Below, in pieces: positions 27,968 to 40,200 of a stretch of DNA of 64,000 nt. A program made the translations under genes and the position numbers. The stretch is taken from the NCBI RefSeq assembly GCF_036321535.1, contig NC_087472.1, positions 99,574,001 through 99,638,000 on the forward strand, written 5' to 3'. The notes beneath the pieces were generated by a model. It was not told the DNA's origin, ran no database searches, and saw nothing but the letters and a program-made list of their open reading frames with translations. The DNA is from Camelus dromedarius (Eukaryota). Numbering within the stretch: position 1 is the first letter of the stretch; each line of letters starts with the position of its first letter.

Positions 27968-30900
27968 AGTGACCTCAGTGAGAGATTTGGTACCATGGTG
28001 TAAGCTGATAGCACAAGTTCTGGCGACAGGTAGCACATATCTGAGAGACACCTGCAAGCACACACTGTCCCAGCTGGTACCCACAATGCTGCTGCTCCTG
28101 CTGCTGCTCCCGCTTTCGTCTCTTCTCGCTTTAAATGATCGTTAGCAAGTTAGATTTTCCTGGAGCTTCGGATGAAATGAAAATGGAAACATGATGAAGA
28201 TATATTCACTGAATCAACAAGAAGAATAATGAATATACGAATACCACCTAAAAATACACTGAATAAAGTACTCTACACCACATAGCATTATTTTTATAGG
28301 AAATATTTCATGTCCCTTAAATATTCTTTGTTAGTTATAGGGATGGACAGTTTATGTTAAGCACTTAGCTTAAACAATCCGTTTATATTAGCACTGTATC
28401 CCTTGTGCCATCCAACATTTTGTATGTTTTTGTAAACAGTTCATATACAGTACATTTATGTACTGCTTTCTTTAATGTATACATGCCTTGTTTAACTTGG
28501 AATCTATTATTAATCAATTGACTATTAAATCTGGTTAAATAGTTCACCTGGATTAACAGTATTGTTGGACAGCCCTAAAAATGGCCAGATTGTAGAACAG
28601 CTGTTGAATGTAATACTTCCAAAATGTACATATCTTTCCCCATGTCTGTTTCACTGGTTTGTTCATTTGTTTATTTCTTAAAGTCAGGTGCTCTGTCAGG
28701 CTAACCTAGAGAGCTGTTGTGGTAGGGAAAGTTATCATGTGTGTGCGGCATGACACAGGAGTACACCTGTGAAGTTAGTCCGTATACTTTGCAACTCCTT
28801 AGGATCTTTTTTTCCTTAATTAAGGAAGTGGCCCTTGCACTTTTAATCTTAAATTGGCATAAGCTTGGGATTTTCCCAATATACATCAAAGGCCTTTAAG
28901 AGGCATGGTGAAGAGATTGGCAAAGGAAAATTCAGCAACAAGTCATTTATGTCCCATTGGATAGCTCATGGTTAAATAGATCAAATTGCTGAATTTAGCA
29001 CATGAATAACAGGATACTTGTTCTTGTATACCTGCAAGAAAAGTATGCTTTTTTGGAAAATCGTAATGAATAATGAATCATAATGAATTCTATCCCATTA
29101 AGATGCTCTATATTAAACACTAATTTGAATGTAATAAAGGCCACGAGCCTCCATATGAAATTGGACTTAAACTTTCTTATTCTAGGGAATAAAACATTCT
29201 TGATCAAACGGTATCTGTTCTAACCTGAAATCATAGCTAAGGTAGGCTAAGTGAATGTTCAGCATTGAGTGTTTTCTGAATTCCTCCTGATAATTTATAG
29301 CCATGTAATGCTTTCATTAACTTCAGAAATGATCCATTTTCATAATGGTCACTGGGTCTGCTTAGACTAGAGTGTTCATTATTTACATCTAATTTGGTAG
29401 TTCCCACAATTTAATTTTAAAAACGTATGTATCCATAATAATTATTCCATAAAAATACCTGTTTTTTGCCAAGCTACCTAGCATACGTCACTATGTAATA
29501 TGGAAAACATATGAGCAAGGAAAAGGTGATTTAACTTATCTCATCATAAATGTGCCTAAACAAATCTTTCTTAGTCATGTACTTAAGCCATTTACATGAG
29601 AAATCTTTTTTCCTGCCAGAAGCTTTAAATCTTCCCCTGAGAGTACAAAGCCAAGAAAGCAAGGTTTATCTAAATGTCTTGGAAACCACTTGTTATTTCT
29701 TAATTTCTCTTCTGGGCAATTAAAGAGAAAGAGAAAATCCATAACATGCCTTTTGTGCAAGTGACACAAAATGATTATTGCATAGAAATCAAATATAAGT
29801 TTATCTTCTAGACAAAAAATGTTTATAGGAGGAGGGATTTCAGAAGATCTAGATGGAGAAAGTTTTTAAATATTCTTGAGTATAGGGATGCTAACTACTA
29901 CAAGCTGCTTTCCATTGCCTGGAAAGAAAGCTTTTTTTTTCCCCCCTCTTTTCCATCTATTCAGTGTTTCTAACCATGGTCATCCCAAATTCTTGTTACT
30001 TTTAAAATGTTAATATAACTATAAGCAGAAAAAAAGATATATTTTCAAAATTTTGACACTGACGCTATCCCTTCAGTGCTTAGGTGTGTTGTCCATCATA
30101 GTCTTTTAGAACCAGAAGTAAATATGTAAATCCTTATAGATTATCTAGTGTAACACTCTCATGTTGCATGTAATGAACCTGAGACCCAAAGCAAAGACTA
30201 GAATCCTTAACTTCCCATTCAGTTTTTTCCCTTCCTCACACCGTGCTGCCTTCCCCTCGTATTATTACTCGATAATGAGCTGAGTTGCTCAAAAACTACA
30301 TGTCTTGGGGCAGTCCTCTGCTGGTATATGAATGCCAAGTTTATTGCTTTCAAAGATACTGCCTTTGTCCTAGTCCACCTGCCAGTTTTACTGGAGAAGA
30401 ACAAGTTATATGTTCACAAAACTGAAGGCTTTCTGCTGAAAAGGCAGTCCGGGAGTATAATTTATTTCATCTGTGGTTCTGGTGTTCCTATTGCTTTGAC
30501 TTAGAGCAGACAGGCTCAGCCAACAGTATGCTCTAAAATGTAGTGCTTTTGCTGGGTTAATCTTTCCATTAATTTCCCCAAGTCCAGTAGTTGCAGTAGT
30601 GAGGTCCTTTACCAGTTAGTGCTGCTGGTTACCAGGGCCTCTTCCAGGAGATTTTAGTCCACTCTGAAAGATACTTCAATATGAAAGAAGGAACTAAACT
30701 ATCAGGCCACTTTTACAAACCTCTTTTTAGCTTATAATCCAAAATAATATTCAGACTGGTAGACTGAATTTAACATTGCCAAGCACATACAGGAAAATAC
30801 GGATTACACTACCATGTGTTTTGTATCTTCCCTTTCAAGTGATGATGCTAAATTAAGGTAAGTTTTTTGTCCTTTTAAGTTTTTATATAAGTCATTTCAG

Positions 30901-33250
30901 CTCCTTCTAATTTATAGAGATGTCTTCTTTCTAAGTAAGATCAACCCTTAACAGATTTGATGTAGATTTCATTTATTCACAAGCAGCCCGAAAAGTCCAA
31001 GAATGTAATAATTTTGAAAAGGCACAGAGTCAAGATGCTGTGAGGCTGACGTGTGGGAAAAGTCACTTAATGAGTGTCTGGAGAGGGTGCGGGGTGTATG
31101 CAGTGGAGAGTCCACATTTCACACACAGCGGGCTGCAAGGAGTGGGCTTGGGCCAACCATTTCCCATCTGTTTTTAAGAAGTGATTGCTGTTGGGGCCAG
31201 GGGACATCATGGGAGATGGGGCTGGCCTGTTAGCTGTGCCCTGTGCCCTCAGCCCAGGAAAGGCATTATGAGTGGGCAGAACGGGCTGGATAGGAAAGAG
31301 GCTGGGGTAGGTCCAGCCTAGGGTGAGAACAGAAAAACATTCAGGGTTTGGGGGCTTGGTACAGATGCGCATCACCATGAAAGCCAGCAATACACATTTC
31401 AACATGTCTTTGATTTTCTCTACTTCCTGGCCTTTATAAATGACCTAAAATTTTTTCAGTTTGCTTTATTATATTTTATGCAGAAAATTCTCTCTTATGG
31501 TGGTATTGAGCATTTGAAATTCATGAAGGCATTGGGACAGATATCTCAGGAACGTAAAGGGTCAGAAAAGGTCTGCTTTCTGTGATTAACAAATAACGCT
31601 GGATCCCATGGCTGACCTTGGTGCTTAAACCAGGAGGTTCCAATCTGGTCCTAGAGTTCTGTCCCTCCGAAAGGTCCAACTCCATGTAACTAACCAACTG
31701 GATGCATACTTTGAGCCTTATTTAACTCACAGAGAAGTTGACTCAACTCAGCATTTTTATTTCAGTTAATGAAAAGTCCTATTTTCACCTCCAGATTGCT
31801 TACATTTTACTGGTCTCCCCAAGTGACCGTTGGTGGAGACCATTTAATGAAGGAATGAAATCTGCTTTCTTGGGACTGTGGTACTCTGCAGAGCCACGCT
31901 TAACCACTTTTTCTAGCGAAGAATCTACAGAATGATAATAACTAAATATGGATGGCCGAGAAGAATTTGTATCTACAGTGCGCTTTATGTATTTTTGACA
32001 CTGCTGTATTCTGTGTGATCGAGTGACTTGTAACTGGTTCCAATGTGACTGAGTGTTCTCAAAGAATTCTAGTAACTAAGTTGACTTCATTTTCTTAAGC
32101 CTTCTTTACTATCAGTCTCACATTTACCACTTTGATTCCAGTCTTTTAACTGTTCATAACAGGGCATACCAAGGGTTGGGATGAGAGCCTACTTCCTACC
32201 TCTTAAGGCACTTTCCTCATTATTTTGCCATATAACCTTGAAGTGCATGATAAGCTGTTTAAATGTCCATGACTTCTCCCAGAGCAACTAACAAAGTATA
32301 TGACATTGAATAGAGATTAGTGGAACGGTAAATTAGAGACTAGGTTCAGAGGTGCAAACCTCAAGAAAACCTCTTTAGATCACATACCATATATAAACGT
32401 ATGTGAGAAGAGAGTCACTATAATAGTCCTAAGTAGATTAGTCCAATATCTAATGGAAGTGAAAATCTTTACTCCTATTATCACTATAGTACTGAATGAA
32501 CTGTATACTGAGTTTTTCAAACAAGTACTTAAAGTAGAACTTTTAAATACAAAGCAAGGGCATAAGGATAAAGGGTTTGGTTTGTGTTTCTCTAAGTGTA
32601 GTTTACCATCTAAGGCTTTGTTTTTCAATTTTTAAAAAAAATCTTCAAGGTATTGCCATTCCTTAGCATCCTTAATAATTGTGGGTGATGAGTTTTTTAC
32701 TCTTCAAATTATGTCCATGTATTATGTTTATCTTAACTCTGACCCTAAGCAAAAGGGAAGGTATACACCTAAGGGATGTAATTATTTTGCATTTTTGGCC
32801 ATGGGTGGGAGAGGGGTGGGTATCTACTTAAACAGTTTTTAAAAAAGAAAAAAAATCACAAATATTTTTCTACTATGATATATGATCTTACTTTATACTA
32901 GTTTCTCTCTAGTAAGGCATGCCAGAAGCCCAAGGCACCATATCATGAGTTCATACGTATTGTACCTTTTATTGGTGGTTAAATCGCATCAGATGCTTGG
33001 CACTGCTGCCATAATTATGAAATGCTTGTAAAGGATTAAATATCATTGAATACTTTAAATTGTTTTACTTCAGAGTCTAATCTGGGCAGTTTTCAAATCA
33101 TACTATTAATGTGTAATCTAAGCTCTTTCAGATGTATCCATGAATAATCCTGGAACAAAATTGCTTGTATTCCTGTCACAGAACAGGTTTTGTAATCTTT
33201 AAAAGAAATGAAAATTTATATAATAAAGTTTCAAATAAACGCATGTATGT
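27968..33250 (+). other. RPS6KA3: RPS6KA3 long 3'UTR (~5.3 kb; end approximate)
   Basis: AT-rich, nearly repeat-free stretch after the stop, ending at tandem AATAAA; transposon relics resume downstream. Confidence 0.75.
33222..33239 (+). terminator. RPS6KA3: Distal poly(A) signals of RPS6KA3
   Basis: AATAAA at 33222-33227 and 33234-33239; upstream TGTA; downstream GT/T-rich sequence. Confidence 0.7.
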
Positions 33251-33989
33251 CCCTTCATGAGATTATTTCAGTTATATGATGATCAATCCTTCATATCATC
33301 CAATTGTTTTATCCGAAGTATAAATTTATCAACTTGGATTGATAGAACTTAAAACAGGAATGTTTCTGAGTTAAGTGCAAAATAATTTTTCGATGCAAAG
33401 TCTTGGTTAGCCCAGAGTTTGTCAAATCAGATGCATAGATCTGACGCACATCAGTCATAGCTCTTACCCAATATCAAACTTGATTAATGATTTAAAGGAT
33501 GCAGGGTAATCACCAGGCACAGATGAAACAATCTTCTTGGAGAAGTCCAAGATTATCAGACTTCGCTCCAAAATGCCCCTTTTTTTCCCTCATTACGGTA
33601 CATTTCAGAATTAAAGGACAGTTTCCTTCTGAGCAATGTATGTGGAGACATTGTTTACAGAAAAGCAGTCACTTGGTTTTGCAACATCCTCTTTTTATAC
33701 TTCATTAATTACACAGTTTAAACAACGAGCCCCCATCCTCCAGCCAGCCATGCCTCATAAATCCATAAATTCCAGGTTTTACAATAAGCTATCTCTATAG
33801 ACGAAGTGTGTCTTGCTAAAAGTATATTAGAGAAAAGAACTTTTTGTTTTCTTTCTGCTAATATCAGCACTTTTTAAAAGGAAATTTGATTGAGGTCATT
33901 GATTTCCGGTACAGAGGGAATGGGCTATAGGCCTGCAGTCAGCCTTTTCCTTCCTAGTTGACATTTTTGGTAGTTTTATATTATGATAA

Positions 33990-34325
33990 TGTGTTTGTCA
34001 TAACAAAATACCCCAGAGTGTGTATCTTAAACAACAGAAATCATTTTCTCACAGTTCCGGACTCTACAAGTCCAAGATCAAGGGTGCTGGTCTGGTTGGG
34101 TTCTTCTGAAGCCTCTCTCCTTGGCTTGTAGGTGGTCGCCCTTGTGATGCCCCACCTGGATGCCTGTTCCTTTTCTTACAAGGACACCAGTTATATTGCA
34201 TTAGCGCTCCACCCTAACAGCCTCACTTTAACTCAGTTACCTCTTTAAAGACCTTAACTCCAAGATAGTTGAGGTTAGTACTTCACCCTGTTTTGGGCTG
34301 AATCATGTCTCCTTCCAAATTCACA
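33990..34325 (-). mobile_element. MLT1 (MaLR) LTR, with terminal segment inverted
   Basis: ataacaaaatacc...ttctcacagttc...aagtccaagatcaagg...aggacaccagttatatt...ttacctctttaaagacc. Confidence 0.8.
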
Positions 34326-35675
34326 GGGGCCAGATATAAGTCATATTAAGGAATCTGAATTTTATCCCTTTGGTTCCCGCCACCCTCCCCCAACCCTGTC
34401 CTCATTCTTTATTTCACAGACTGAACCTCATAGCCCTATAGTTGATCACCTGAAATTCTCAGAAACACCCTGAACTTCCTTACATCCCTGCCTTTACACT
34501 GCATCTGTGTAAGCAGTGTAACCGATATGTTGGAAGAAACCATACAATTATGAAAAAAAAAAGCCACTGCAAATTATGTTTTCTAACCTCAGCTAAGCTC
34601 TTAGTATTGTTTGTCAATTCTTTTGTTTTTCCTTCATCAGATCCATTTTCCCATTTCTTTCTTTTAAACAGCTTTATTGAGATATAATTTACATAAGATA
34701 AAGTTCACCCATTTAAAGTGTACAATTCAGTTTTTTAGTATATTTACAGAGTCCTATGACTACAATCATAATCCAATTTTAGAACATTCTCATCATCCCA
34801 CAAAGAAACTTTGTACCCTAATCCAAGCCGCCATTGTCTTTTGCTTGGACAATTGCAGTAGCCTCCTGCATGGTGTCTGTTTCCTCCCTTGCTCCTCTAC
34901 AGTCTATTCTTAACACAGAAGCCAAAATGATCTGTTCCAAGCCTACTAAGGATTGTAACAAGTGATCTGGTCTCCCTACCTCTCTGATCTCATCTCCCCA
35001 AACACCCTCTAGTTCATTGCATTCTAGCCACCTGGGCCATTTTGCTGTTTCTTGAATATGCCAAGCATGTTCCCACTCAGGGTCTTTGTCCTTGCTGTTC
35101 CCTTTGCCTAGTACATATTTCCCCCAGATGTCCTTATGACTCACCTCCTTCCAAGTGATTCTGATGATCAGTCAGATGTGGCAACCATCCTATAACAGAG
35201 AAATGAAGCCTGATTTTTTTTTCTCCTTTGGAGTTTTATATTGAGTAACTGACAGAGACTATTGATTTTTAAATATTTGAGCTTAAAGACACTTGGAGTC
35301 TAATTGATTACTTACCATGTGCTGGGCACAATGGCTAAACACTTGAATGCATTATATCAATTTAATTTCCACAACAATCCAATATGGTAAGTACTATTCT
35401 CACACCCAATTTAAAGATGAGAAAACGCACCCTTAGAAATAGGTTAAATAACTTGTCCAAGATTATAGAGTAATAAATTGCAGCAGATCTGAATCTGAAT
35501 CCAGGTCTCTCTAATTCCAAAGCCCAAGTTCATAATCATGTGGCCTTGAAGCAAAATTTAAATAAATTTTATAGACATCATTTCATCCTCAATTGTGTAA
35601 ATTGCAAAATATTGCAAATGGAAAGAGAAACCCAGATCTTTCAGTTTCCCTCTAAAAAGTGCACCTGCCATTCGT

Positions 35676-35881
35676 TGGTTTCTCATCCTCACCTCTATTA
35701 ATGTTTTAGGCTGGATAATGCTTTGTTTAGGGGTGGAGGGCCTGTATTGTGCACTGTAAAATGTTTAGCAGCATTCCTGGCCTCTGTCCACTAGATGCCA
35801 GTAGCGCAGCTATCCTTCCCCAGTTGTGACAACCAGAAATATCTCCAGACACTATCAAATGTCCCTGGTAGAGAACCACTG
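35676..35881 (-). mobile_element. MER20
   Basis: gtgcactgtaaaatgtttagcagcattcctggcctctgtccactagatgccagtagc...gttgtgacaacc...gagaaccactg. Confidence 0.85.
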
Positions 35882-36028
35882 TGTTCAACAATTGTACTTT
35901 ATCTTTCTATCACTTAGGTATGTCCATTTCCCTAGAGAGAAAATGTTAAAATGCTAATGTTTGCAGAAAGGTGATTTATTTAAAATAAGCTTACTTAATA
36001 GTGAAGCTATTCATCCTGCAGAGTCAGC

Positions 36029-36401
36029 TGTATTAGTTTGCTAGGGCTATTACAACAAAAAACCACAGACTGGGTGGCTAAACAACAAATAGCTATTTTC
36101 TCATAATTCTGGAGGCTACAAGTTGAGATCAAGGTGTCAGCAGTGTTGGTTTCTTTGAGGTCTCTCTCCTGGGCTTGTAGCTAGCCACCTTCTTATTCAT
36201 GTGGTGCTCCCCTCTGGCCTGTGTCCTAAACCCTGCTTATAAAGACACCAGTTATATTGGACGAGGGCCCTCCTTAGTGATCTCATTTCAATTTAATTAC
36301 CTCTTTAAAGACCCTGTCTCCAAATACAGTCACATTCTGAGGTATTGGGGGTTATGAACTCAATATATGAATTTTGGGAGGATACAATTCAGCCCATAAC
36401 A
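36029..36401 (-). mobile_element. MLT1B-like solo LTR upstream of the EIF1AX promoter
   Basis: TGTATTAGTTTGCTAGGGCT...AATTCAGCCCATAACA with TG..CA ends. Confidence 0.85.
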
Positions 36402-36785
36402 CTGAGTTTGTCTTCTCCCCTCCCTCCCTTCCTGTGTGTATTGAGCACCTACTATGTGCCATACATTCTGCTAAATGCTAGTAACATTAAGCAACAGATG
36501 TGGTCTCTGCCTCATAAGATTTTCAGCAAGGTAGGGAAGGCAGATGTTCATAAAGTAATAACAGGTCTCATGCAAATATTACGCTTTGGTAATGGGGATG
36601 ACAGGAAAACCTTGCCCTTCCCCTGAGACTCTCAACCTGGCTGGGCGGGTCAAAGGGCCAAGTTAAAACTGAGCTGTGAGATTAATGAGACAGCGTGGAG
36701 ACGGCGCTTGGCCACAGATCAGCAGTAGTCAGCTGTCAGCCAGCAGCGGGCGCTACCTGAACCCGCCTTTATTGTGACGCCTGGG

Positions 36786-36855
36786 CCCGCCCACTCCCTC
36801 CCCGATCCCGCCCACTCCCTCCCCGATCCCGCCCACTCCCTCCCCGATCCCGCCC
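36786..36855. repeat. 21-bp tandem repeat CCCGCCCACTCCCTCCCCGAT x3.3
   Basis: Exact units at 36786, 36807 and 36828; partial unit at 36849. Confidence 0.97.
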
Positions 36856-37235
36856 TCTCTCTGCTCACGGCCCCGCCCCCCGCGTGGCTCTGCGAACTGC
36901 CGTGAAAACTGCGGAAGCGCGTCTCCCTCCGCTCTAACAATAGGCGTCAGTCGGGCACGCCTGCGTCATAGGGCCGGGGGTCGGAGGGCGGGCCCAGCCG
37001 GCGTTGGGAGGCGGGGAAAGGCTACGCAAGCAGCCGCGACGCCATTTGCTGCGGCCGAGCGTGGGCGCAGGCGGATCTCGGAAGAACTCGGTCTCTAGAC
37101 TCTCCCGCGCACGCGACCGGGTCTCCAGCCCCTGCTTGGTGCTGCGCTGTCTCACGCGCAGTCCCTCGGAGGAGTCGCCGCCGCTGCCGCCACCCGAATA
37201 GGAGTCGGAGACGCCGCGAGGCCGCCGTTACCACC

Positions 37236-37251
37236 ATGCCCAAGAATAAAG
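37236..37251 (+). CDS. EIF1AX: eIF1A exon 1 coding part (MPKNK)
   Basis: ACCACC ATG CCC AAG AAT AAA G|gtaatg inside the CpG island. Confidence 0.96.
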
Positions 37252-40200
37252 GTAATGCCGTCTGGATCCTGGGACCACGAGTCCCCTGAACCGGGCCTCC
37301 CCAACTCTGCCCGCGGCCTCCGGATCGCCCAGGCCGCAGTGACCTTCCTCTCCGCCCTGCCTGCATGCAGCTGGGCGATCCGGCCGCGATTCTGGGCTCG
37401 GGAGAGGAGCTGGGAAGTTACTCCTCTCTTTCAGTTTGGTCACGTTGGGGTGGAGCCGACGCCATTTTTGTAGGGCCTCCTGCGGGAGAACGTGTGCTTT
37501 CGCTCCAGATTCGCGCCAGACTGACCACGGCACCGTAGCTGCCTATGGGGAGACCTCCCCGGGGCGGCCTGAGCTTCGCAAATGGGCGCCTTTGGCCTTC
37601 CCGGCAGTTCTTAATTTTCAAAGGGTGCTGCCTGCTTTAAGTGGCCATCAGGTACTCCTGCATGGGTTTCTTTATGGACAGTTGTTGGGTATTGTTGAGA
37701 CTTCTCCCTCTCTCTTGCAAGTAGTGGACGAAACCTTGATGCGTTAAGGTTAATCTCTAGAGATTTACCCTTCCCCATCCCTTTACGGGGTTTAACTTTT
37801 TTCCCTCGCCCCAGAAAACTTACCACATATTTAGCCAAGTTTTCTACTTCTGCTCCAGATCGCTTACGTATTGCGACGGGAGTAAAGACCTTTAAGTTCC
37901 CTCCATGCTGAGGCTAAGGCATTCACAAATTATTAGATATGGGGATATGTTTATTTGGAATTTTCAAAATGGAAGGCCTAATCTAAGTAAAAGCAGAACA
38001 GTCCTAAAGAGATTTTCCCTTTTTAAGACTTAAGGATATTTCCGTCTTTTAAAGTATTCTTACAGTTTCCCAAAGGAAATTGTGAAAGTAGAAACAGGGA
38101 AAACATTGTATTTCCTATAGGAGAAGCGCATATTTCACAACCCACAAGTTTCCTTTGATTATTCATCCTTGAGACCCCTGCCCTGACCCAGGCCTACTCT
38201 GTTCTTTTTTCTACTTAACAGCTGGCTGCAGGGATTCTACTTCATTTCCTCTTAGCAGGTGTCACTACTCTTTTTACCCTTGGGATATTTGCTTGCAGTT
38301 CTGTGCCGTTCCCTTGGAGTCCTCCATTTTACTGCCCTCAGAAATCTTACTTGCAGGTTCCTTTTGTAGCAAGGATTTTACTGCTAATTATTCTGGGAAA
38401 GATGGGGTGATAAAATAGGGGTTTGAAAGTTACAGTTTTCTTGTAACCTGCATAATTTTTTATTCCTTCTGAGATGGTAACTGGATCGGTTCAGTAGATA
38501 TCTTACTTTAACCCTTATTTCTAGCAATGAGATTTCCATCCTCCCTAGACTGTAAGCTCTAAAGGGCAGTAATAGTATCTGTCTTAATCACAATGGATTG
38601 CTAGCACTTGACACTTAGTAGATGCTCAAAAATATTTGTTGGATTAAGTCACCTTCCCTCTCGACTCCACCCTTAGGTGAATAATAGGTTCTCCTTTGGG
38701 TCCAAGGGAACTGACTGAACTTCTACATTAAATTACATCTATTTCACTGGCCTCCTTTAAAGTTTATTTCATTACGTGGCAGTAAAATAGGGAAGGGGAT
38801 GATCAGAGTATGGTTAATTCTAGTAAACTGACAAGCAACACATCATTCTTTTATAAATAAGATTTGAGGCATACGAAAAAATAGGAATAATACAGTGAAC
38901 ACCTGGGAATCAATCCATTACTCTGAACTTGGGAATTACAACAGAATCAGTTAAAGCCTTTTGTGTTCCCCCTCCCAAGCCCCTTCCCCTCTTTTCATCT
39001 TTTCTAGCAGATAACCACCATTCTGAATTTGGTGTTTATCATTCCCAATCTCTTATCTTTAGTTGTTATCTTACTTAGAGGAACAGTAATTTTCAAGACT
39101 CCTGAATTTTATGAGATGAGGTTTACTAATGTGAAATAAATTCTTGTTTATTTTTCTGATTTTCTTCATTGGAAAAGCCAGAAGCCCTGTGAATATAATC
39201 TTCATGATGTTTACACACGTAAGGATATAAGGTGCCATGAACTGTATGTTGAATGACTTTTGCTTTGGACTGATTCTTATCAGCCTGTTTCCTCTAGAAT
39301 TCTCTAAATTCTATCAATTTGTTAACCTCAGGAAAAAAGGTATCCTTGGGCCCACTATGAAGAGCGATTAGGTATGTGCAGTCGAACTGTTAAAAAAAAA
39401 GCAATTAAGGTAAGGTACTCCCATGCTTTAAAGAAGTTACTCCCTTTAATTATAAAATTGCCACTCCTTTAGGAATATATGGACGGCTCTTGACTGATTC
39501 ATTCAAAGAATTGCCCAACTAAGTATGTAACTCAGGAAACAAAATGTGATCCTTGCCCTAATGAGGCTTTCACTCTGCTTTGAAGATCTGGCATGGTTGG
39601 TGGCTTGAAGTAGAAGACACTTTTCTCTTCCTAGGAAGTTCATTTTGGAGTGCTCTAAGAATGCCGCAGACCCTGAACTCTAAGGGCTCTGGGCAGGTCG
39701 GGACATTGTAGAGGCCCACAATACCATTGTGAGACTGCCCTCGCGACAGAGCACAGGACTCATGAAATTAAGGGTCTTTCTTTGCAAATTCTGTTGCGGA
39801 TGTGAACCTTTAAAAAAAATTTTTTTGCTGCTTCCAGGCTCTTCCCATGAGTCTCTTAGTATCGCTACCACTTAAAGCCTTTCTCCCACCTTCTGGAAAA
39901 GGCTGCTAATGTGGTTTAGGTTCAGAATGCTGTGGAGAGGTACCCAAATGTAGGGGGCCAGGAACAAAAGAAGATTAGGTTGGATCTGGTCACCCCACTC
40001 ACTGTCTAATGGTAAGTGAGTTACTTCTATGAGCTTTAGTGAACTCACTGGTAAACTGGGGATAAATGACCTCATAGGGTAATTGTGGCATTATTGTATG
40101 GTGGGGAAGAGCACACATAGTCACTGGGGTCTTACTGCCCAGTTCAAATCCCAGGTTTCACTTCACATGGTATAGCCGCAAATAAGTCTTTCAACCTTTC

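Larger units (their letters stand above)
36690..37620. promoter_or_regulatory. EIF1AX: CpG island / TATA-less promoter of EIF1AX
   Basis: High GC and CpG density; GC boxes; CRE half-sites (TGACG/CGTCA ~36775, 36945, 36964); ETS-like CGGAAG ~36912; YY1-like GACGCCATTT at 37038 and 37458. Confidence 0.9.

Noticed and set aside
36719..37838. ORFs over the EIF1AX promoter, including the GSGREWA repeat
   Set aside because: GC-rich artefacts; the peptide repeat is simply the 21-bp DNA repeat translated
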